From: Bacteroidales bacterium
Lineage (GTDB): Bacteria; Bacteroidota; Bacteroidia; Bacteroidales; UBA3663
Direction: 5' to 3'
NCBI GenBank assembly: GCA_045627865.1
Contig: JAZQOK010000003.1
Coordinates: 4,316 to 68,315 of the forward strand
Length of the DNA: 64,000 bases
In this document: one piece after another, positions 61,501 through 64,000 of the stretch
How the letters are laid out: each line of letters starts with the position of its first letter
Numbering within the stretch: position 1 is the stretch's first letter
Made by a program: the position numbers and the translations under genes
Notes under the pieces: model-generated
Database searches by the model: none
Told to the model about the DNA's origin: nothing
What the model saw: the letters and a program-made list of their open reading frames with translations, nothing else

Positions 61501-61556
61501 GCCATGCCTACGGTCAGGAGCAATATCGAGAGTATATGTAATGCTTTGCTTCGCAT
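49596..61556 (-). CDS. Giant (3,986 aa) secreted GGG-repeat protein with probable T9SS C-terminal domain
   Basis: Signal peptide ending ARG-Q; dozens of (V/I)(Y/F)GG(G/N/S) repeats over the first ~2,600 aa; late FAGNFHGDG and ICLPF segments; C-terminal ...GIYLIGRKKISVY. Confidence 0.85.
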   Translation of the reverse strand: MRSKALHILSILLLTVGMATTARGQSKIKIHGNVYGGGDQAAIKGNTNVTINKGEYGGSIFGGGNGALNNDGSVKSSADIGTHKVDGTLEEGTGDTHVTINGGEIVYVIGDEDNLRNIYGGGNMACNVAGSTNVTMTKGMITAYSFTSDLRAMAAWRYFYDNSMKPNQQKIPICSVFGAGYGAHTDVAGNTNVNINIPGTASIKPADGVAFTHDELEAIDKLALRLKPDTKLSEQFVPAVHGGGFDGTVGAYDKDSYDKDNTDPTHAINYKKTTYTSQTNITIQGQPFVFNVFGGGLGSKSGADATGGVNSYVGAVYGATKVDIQGGLYNGSVYGGGAGIEAEDEIDSPFGGGGKVKLPYTYAAQVMRETDVAISGNTTIIYGNVYGGGDIANTGWYYVGARPQMEGHVAQQNHSLATLDYTTSLNLNGGNILGSVFGGGNGRTKAQMTMSMFVGTVCGSTNVSLNGTKVWSHVYGGGNMGMVFTCQTIAASKGESGRTMVPGVTDGCTNVAVLDGMVAKDIFGGGFGGDPGTGDANVTSADIYGNTYVYLEKADLEYTKYWKPREFLPSDATYEQMLAEVTGRFLDQSSASDKRNTESDITHNLYGGGNMACTVKGNSHVYMTGAPIAPADFSTTDYYKECIANVAKPHFSVFGGGFGINAKINGNALSDINLVRGTGFHSIIGGGMNGPVGGMCKVHVGNDPLSRVHHVYGGGYYAPCEKTELNITRGTIVQDVFGGSVMGNITPYKRDNDGNLILDGEGNPQPDVNLYATKTVIGLQDGGAGRHSSVDLDDEHGYVLRSYTYTDHKNEITIGGNVYGANDVSGTVNGLASLTIYGGTIQGQVYGAGNGNHVGYYVPNELKYNMGAHGTANYYYVDHSTHNNGPKGNTYVGRPQTIGGVELTLEGNTEAERVKVLGQVFGGGNSCTIGAWDKSMLAEEGKYHGDPHLTRDDPDYFQGGGKLYVNIGSHVTIGRTHTELADAADGSTYIDNGENVSGLFMGCSGRNLATQNGDYEHDNYYHHYYNYNAGKYYPGFAVGDELGKEMTRAEQLKPFQAYLNNVMIWTDDVRLRINNHDGSAAEDVWLANFVGGGFRGSMRAKTAEGTFDYVLPEGVTIGHTVVGGAYNAHVKYHLFESDTHDNFIDGDNDGVYDYATEVPGGWTKVDPDDPAGAGEYIDELHEDPDDPTKITSILRYNFNGGILSENSTGVNASPVGHHIHQVHADPRADGISDTERKKRYATSYFEPLNDDDPKREANADELFTANKDKVLLHLDLQCAMEPEVLTDTKGTYLHGGNVFGGCFLSGFVEGDSWVDYNCWLSPNCTDATYFSKDNNLKIYDVAMDVERNNALNAYGAGYGTDTHSMGDVYLSIKAIEQDAGGDDDTHGHFPYMFNAFGGSNMGEVDGNVNVYYAVGKQGTLLGSLYGGGFKGVINGNTFVELAEGFVNNVYGGSRQADIMGATHVWAYDGKARGIANANHLIICNLYGGNDIAGTIHGTMPAYFTEAKWSNTREPIAGHTFNTYVEISADDESADRGFPLVGSAFAGGNGEAWVSEVESGAKPNVAKALIEIDGGSTLRAFGGGNMATVTDSTFIFTDAKSKNFAEVEFTQYQKNIVQNIFFRDVTVGYKWEESKLTMDNFHVARLFGGNNLATMDIQPTWNLKNGRLENVYSGGNMGDMTYYNPAGKPATQNGAIGESAGVENNTDGSNANYSPRGLSITIDQPDIYIGSLFGGCRLSDVKPNDTKPDDYDEAEKGEWKTWPEGTDGEDFYGATVNISDGYIENVYGGNDISGKVYHGTNVNISGAVSGNVYGSGNGFYLYKWDKDIDWESNTENPYQSDVIEEFNTELKELVYHVKPTGDKSGWDTASDTKKLLTINNYRPSVDKAFLNVAGVENYHYIDQHGADSTAKRVAYVKGNVFCGGNASTIIGDESFTKFKIGSYVTLNGVFMGSDGKAYTENDQIARFAELNGFDDMGADTEASDFPDYTDGKSLDQSHNPILLNIYMMAVDMKAQPKDFNLNLPLKEAHIGTYCGGGNRGSMLVDKTVTLPFHHDIIIYDKIVAACLDANIEFNDGKKKIYSMGGYTRKISDNATYGNKKFKLDIASQFVPLVMDVPADKNPATKNSHGENFETAKKHGFLYDNRQKGVKYTYEEFNKLFETEYTSDEEFLEHEGGDHIWKIADGVYAPSCNIYGGCYQSGEVEGDVELNIYSNMLRYVDKEDLDKSIANNIPCFNVYGAGFGQNSHVWGNVTINMDRCLDTSTMGNLVANSNLSAELTTLLGDESNWDIQHSTTPANNLLGIANAYQYPSFNNVIGGGRNGKLIGNTTVEIRNGLVYTDVAGGCYASDMYGSTQVIVGYPKYYKCLSSGEYALDRADKWNTTKLDGDGNPVIKPSVWYLKGDLVPDNVYQQIIAKTSDYASNFEEVVVTPTTKHQTDGTTWNDVAIKIGKGIYGGGYSLENSMAASAGSVTTYKLLDDSPTITDIYPHNFSGRYGYDEPTFAGYGGNSSVMLGDMDATDPDNFSYTDRDHIRVSTLKATVANIPATSSVIGKFIKETVGGKEVYTHQGDHTPVGGTTYYTLTGDGGIYGDGHLTFCEGFRSADVTRYGWADGTAKHPILMNTFQRMDLLSVNDCCLMLQGAQDFATDQIDATIYSITRINEMRLNSTLDADATLGEISAHSGSGEGTKFDTKKQRNYLAFFNNVHYLGSIVTNDAFTDGFHNNQGAKTSGTYFSKKLDFITNYTKSTPDAEGNKTAEATTTFKQRNVATARNAIGINNGYCLRIQNQEYVGAHQSQTYYGPIVGVCEVKLLTLVQGEGGGYVYADNIHENPDVATGEDHFLMTSGNFVFPGIIDQGEDPITHENIGDQYIVDDCFVQHFGTPGNITQRDASKPHLDEAHYWYVEGNKYFFNTTLTGFTYQHKLDFDLIKTDPNIVLSGMENGSRLNIKKIEWLSTEDGFHRNNYEPVLPSTDTETDDGGNTIDKISDYEFDIFVGGNDIDDWHNDMPRYSVPASGSFTTGKTVQNDHLPQFNIRLQDKLNNSGDAAYKNHLDEPELVKIYFEGKTTDANGVEQTYEYTITVNVVYLQGPTVTGGVKIENCALPGELIGFSTSGLKVKTPELMPITAASWQILPLSEIDEHGEWKWDIDHGIVIPKSSYEEKTDDENNTIVTGTIPAYYKQNEYTIAYIFTAGGYDFPVMPEQTVTIPKENRMIVVHNYHRMKDVFVTDGSGNVIRDLLIETMPSTIPDNQAHTYHPKFAEAKLYIEDEADLHAFIEYLNLATEGNVKNIPVGLDGLDIILQKDITLTEPLPAISQAFAGNFHGDGYRIELGEYGDSFFGGNLTGNVYNLGLVGGTIASTGTSTNCYELKDSKDLNDSKVLYGSLAYKLSHYFTPTADGYVEGRYANGDYQYATTDRVWSLRTSAPNYGHKDTHHDQLHTHDAARWKDTDNDGEADTNIPLHDGTSAVADHTVDVSGNGTEYFTYRGLPANYANDYLFFGQHLDKINADAYPVHIEPVANGDADGTKGGNRVYETAGFYQSKADQKFHYNKDAWALNPSLTAIDYTTMTAEGDGAVTLPTKFSVDSNKDYSSYSNETTGHVSQNLLVYNAGQDDVFAYSDTDNSDEADVAYHNIANGSTDYFHLVDKQDFNAPIEFGVNTRAWYERMPQNYRSGDINGWEGICLPFTATHVEADVNGEISHFYGNSVLNHEYWLRGLTAVADDKATFSRVGKEGTEGTFVDDRQEVEVIDEYKYKNTYFASLDNYNGDPNFGKHYADAATDDDVTFADYIPLTASVPYIIALPGNDYYEFSMEGSVYSLDTHSKTGNPQAATFENTNVSIAVSDEENQTSVANGFSHIGSYIHTTGDYTLDAKGNAFDQENGTVIPFRTYITAASSMAAPHRLLIEDWYQKTIEEEEEPEEAIENLKISVRGRTIVVESPFDLPVDIQVHTLSGHLVYRHTATKGITSFTLPQAGIYLIGRKKISVY
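51420..51455. repeat. In-frame nonamer repeat in the giant gene (LKDSKDLNDSKV)
   Basis: gactttaga gtcattaag gtccttaga gtctttaag; same unit as 61578-61636. Confidence 0.75.
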
Positions 61557-61577
61557 AATCTTTTTTATTTAGTTAAT

Positions 61578-61636
61578 GACCTTATGGTCTTTAAGGTCTT
61601 TAAAGTCTCTAAATCTAAGGACTTTAGAGTCTTTAA
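61578..61636. repeat. Nonamer tandem repeat filling the spacer between the two GGG-repeat genes
   Basis: gaccttatg gtctttaag gtctttaaa gtctctaaa ... gactttaga gtctttaa. Confidence 0.75.
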
Positions 61637-64000
61637 TTATTATCGCCTATCTTCACATTCGTGTCACCACTCACAATGGCCTCGTTGCCACCGCCGAAGA
61701 CATCGCCGGTGATGGTTACGGCTACTTCTTCCGGGGTTGTGGTGTCGTTACCACTGACGTGCTTGTTTGTGGTCTTGAGTCCGATATTTACTTCGGTGTT
61801 TCCGTATACAGCGCCAGCATTACCACCTCCATAGATGGTGCCGATAGAACCGACTTCATCCGGGATAGCAATGGTGTTTCCGGTCTTAGTGATGCCGTAT
61901 GGCAATGTCGCTGTCTCGGAGAGCAGTTTGCGCTGATCCTTATCGTTGAGCACATAAATAGGAGCAGTAGTCTTATCTGCAAAGATACCTTTTATCGGAT
62001 CCACATTAACCTTTGTATTACCATAAACCACTGCAGTTTCGCCAAATCCACCGCCGAATATCTTACCGATACGGGTGAAGGAGATAAGATTGATGGTAGG
62101 ATCGCCGTGCAGAGGAGAACCATTGGTCTTGCACGAACCGTCATCGTTGTATCCATAAACTGAGTATGCCGCTTTATTACCGCAAGCATACAGTTCGCCA
62201 ATCATCACTGGCCAACAGCCGGTCTCATCTATATTAATTGTGATACTACCATAGACATTTCCACTTTGGTTATTGCCACCGAACACCTTTCCGAAGGTTC
62301 CGCTGGTGATGATAAGGTCGATGTCTCCATGAATGTCTGCATCACTGGAGCCTGCATATACCACGTCTGCACCCTCAGAACAGCTCAGCGTTACAGAACC
62401 TCCACAGTACATTTCTGCTTGGTTACCGCCAGCATGTACTTCTCCCAAATGGAGCTCACATACCGTACCCACATAATCGTCAGGAACATTAAGCACCTCT
62501 ACGTAGGCATGCTCACGGATATAACCAAGGGTATTACTACCACCATAGACATTATTCACTGTACCTCCATAGATTTTAATATCTGTCTCGCCCGTACCGT
62601 AAGTAGGAGTACTCGCATCGGTCTGGCTGTAGTAACCCTTGTAACCGATGTCGGCACCAGGGTTGTCTGCACCATAGCCGTTACCACCAGCAAACGCATT
62701 GTTGATGGCATTAGCACCATAGATAGTAACCTTTGTGGCAGGCACAGGAGCAGCGTTACCACCACCATAGACATAGTCGATAGAGTTATCGCAGTTCTCG
62801 ATGAGCACTTCGGCGAAGCCATTGCCTGCTGCAAAAGTCTCATCAGAAGGCACATAAGCAGAGAGGTTGCCACCGCCATAGACGGCAGGGACATCGTAGT
62901 CTTCACCATCGCGAGAAGTAGTTTTTGTTACATGAACCTTCACGTGTCCTGTAGGTGTACCATTCAAGTTGTTGGCTCCGAAGATACCTGTCTCTGTCAC
63001 CTTACTTCCATCCAGATGCACGTATGTATCACCATAGACCTTAGCTGCAACCTCAGCAGAGCCCAACGCACCACCATAAGCTCCACCCACAGCACCGCCC
63101 GTCAGGTTGACAGTTGTATTGCCGTTGACATCAGCTAATGCGCCACCGCCATAAACATCGTGGGTAACGGTACCGCCACTGATGTTTACGGTAGGACTGC
63201 CTTTGGTCTCTGCCAAACTACCGCCACCGAATACATTATTGCCAATACTACCACCTGAGATGGTGACTGTAGGATTGCTGGTCACGATAGCTGACGCACC
63301 AAGGCCACCACCGAAGACATCGTTGGTAATAGTGCCACCGATGATGTTCACCTCAGGATAAGTGCCGGGAGTAGTAGGGGTATAAGCCGCATCCTGACCA
63401 CCGCCATAGACGTAGCCTGCATGAAGTCCGCAGCCGTATTTTGTTGTGTTCTCTGCGATGTTCACCGTGATGCTACCAGCCACATTACCGCTAACGTTGT
63501 TGCCACCAAAGATGCGATCAATCTTACCACCTTCGATAGTGAAGGCGATATCTCCTGTAATATCTGCTTCACGCGCACCACCAAAGAGGTCTCCAATGCC
63601 TTCAGTATCACTTCCGGTACAACCGATATCAAAGGTGCCGGCTTTGCCGTCTGCTTGGTTACCTCCGCCATAGACTTCGGTTACATGTAGTTCTGCAAGA
63701 GCATCGCCCGTTTTCACGATGGTCACAAGCTGCTCGCCTGTGATAGTTCCCTTACTATTACTTCCTGCAAAGGCTTGTGTTACGCTTCCACCATGGATAG
63801 TCAAATGCGCATCGCCACTGACATTAGCCTCGGTCTGTGGTTCAGCAGTCTTATCACCATGACCACCAGCAAATGCCATCGCAGCAACGCCGCCATTGAT
63901 AATGACATCAGTATTGGTTACATCTGCAGCATTACCACCGCCGTAGATATTAGCAACTGTTCCCTTATCAAGCTGCACCTTGCCTGTACCAACGACATTG
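61633..64000 (-). CDS. GGG-repeat protein, C-terminal part (5' end outside the window)
   Basis: More than 20 x(Y/F)(G/A)G-type repeats in the 781 aa shown; ends VFGGGNEAIVSGDTNVKIGDNN with no sorting domain. Confidence 0.85.
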   Translation of the reverse strand, partial: NVVGTGKVQLDKGTVANIYGGGNAADVTNTDVIINGGVAAMAFAGGHGDKTAEPQTEANVSGDAHLTIHGGSVTQAFAGSNSKGTITGEQLVTIVKTGDALAELHVTEVYGGGNQADGKAGTFDIGCTGSDTEGIGDLFGGAREADITGDIAFTIEGGKIDRIFGGNNVSGNVAGSITVNIAENTTKYGCGLHAGYVYGGGQDAAYTPTTPGTYPEVNIIGGTITNDVFGGGLGASAIVTSNPTVTISGGSIGNNVFGGGSLAETKGSPTVNISGGTVTHDVYGGGALADVNGNTTVNLTGGAVGGAYGGALGSAEVAAKVYGDTYVHLDGSKVTETGIFGANNLNGTPTGHVKVHVTKTTSRDGEDYDVPAVYGGGNLSAYVPSDETFAAGNGFAEVLIENCDNSIDYVYGGGNAAPVPATKVTIYGANAINNAFAGGNGYGADNPGADIGYKGYYSQTDASTPTYGTGETDIKIYGGTVNNVYGGSNTLGYIREHAYVEVLNVPDDYVGTVCELHLGEVHAGGNQAEMYCGGSVTLSCSEGADVVYAGSSDADIHGDIDLIITSGTFGKVFGGNNQSGNVYGSITINIDETGCWPVMIGELYACGNKAAYSVYGYNDDGSCKTNGSPLHGDPTINLISFTRIGKIFGGGFGETAVVYGNTKVNVDPIKGIFADKTTAPIYVLNDKDQRKLLSETATLPYGITKTGNTIAIPDEVGSIGTIYGGGNAGAVYGNTEVNIGLKTTNKHVSGNDTTTPEEVAVTITGDVFGGGNEAIVSGDTNVKIGDNN

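Noticed and set aside
49596-64000. RTX toxin, autotransporter or diversity-generating retroelement target
   Set aside because: No GGxGxDxL nonapeptides, no C-terminal beta-barrel, no reverse transcriptase and no template/variable repeat pair is visible.
1-64000. Prophage, IS transposase, integrase or defence system
   Set aside because: No ORF shows recognisable motifs for these.

Overview
A 64-kb chromosomal segment from a Bacteroidales bacterium, probably Prevotellaceae-like. Support: repeated TAnnTTTG -7 promoter boxes, many lipoproteins, a T9SS-type C-terminal domain and the cysE-THUMP methylase-S9 peptidase gene order. Housekeeping genes include mutS, gpmI, cysE, pepC, nnrD, a DEAD-box helicase, tatD, parC, comM, msrC and tRNA-Leu(TAG). 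Other blocks are an FMN-riboswitch-controlled, Firmicutes-style ribD-ribE-ribBA-ribH operon followed by a stand-alone riboflavin kinase, scattered pectin/RG-II enzymes (GH137 fusion, GH28, PL22, GH29), and a probable iron-uptake locus (porin, imelysin, di-heme protein, hemerythrin-LuxR regulator, CcsBA). The right end carries two tandem large (V/I)(Y/F)GGG-repeat proteins, one of 3,986 aa and one truncated by the window edge. Most notable: (i) a small C/G-rich palindromic element sitting in frame inside four housekeeping genes (mutS at two sites, nnrD, tatD, comM); (ii) several 6-9-bp tandem-repeat families found both between genes and in frame within genes; (iii) a duplicated tRNA-Leu 3' half whose T-loop is split by a two-unit insert; (iv) the two GGG-repeat proteins, whose repeat runs to the very C-terminus of one and restarts at the mature N-terminus of the next, suggesting a head-to-tail beta-solenoid assembly. 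All product calls come from motif recognition only; no database searches were run.
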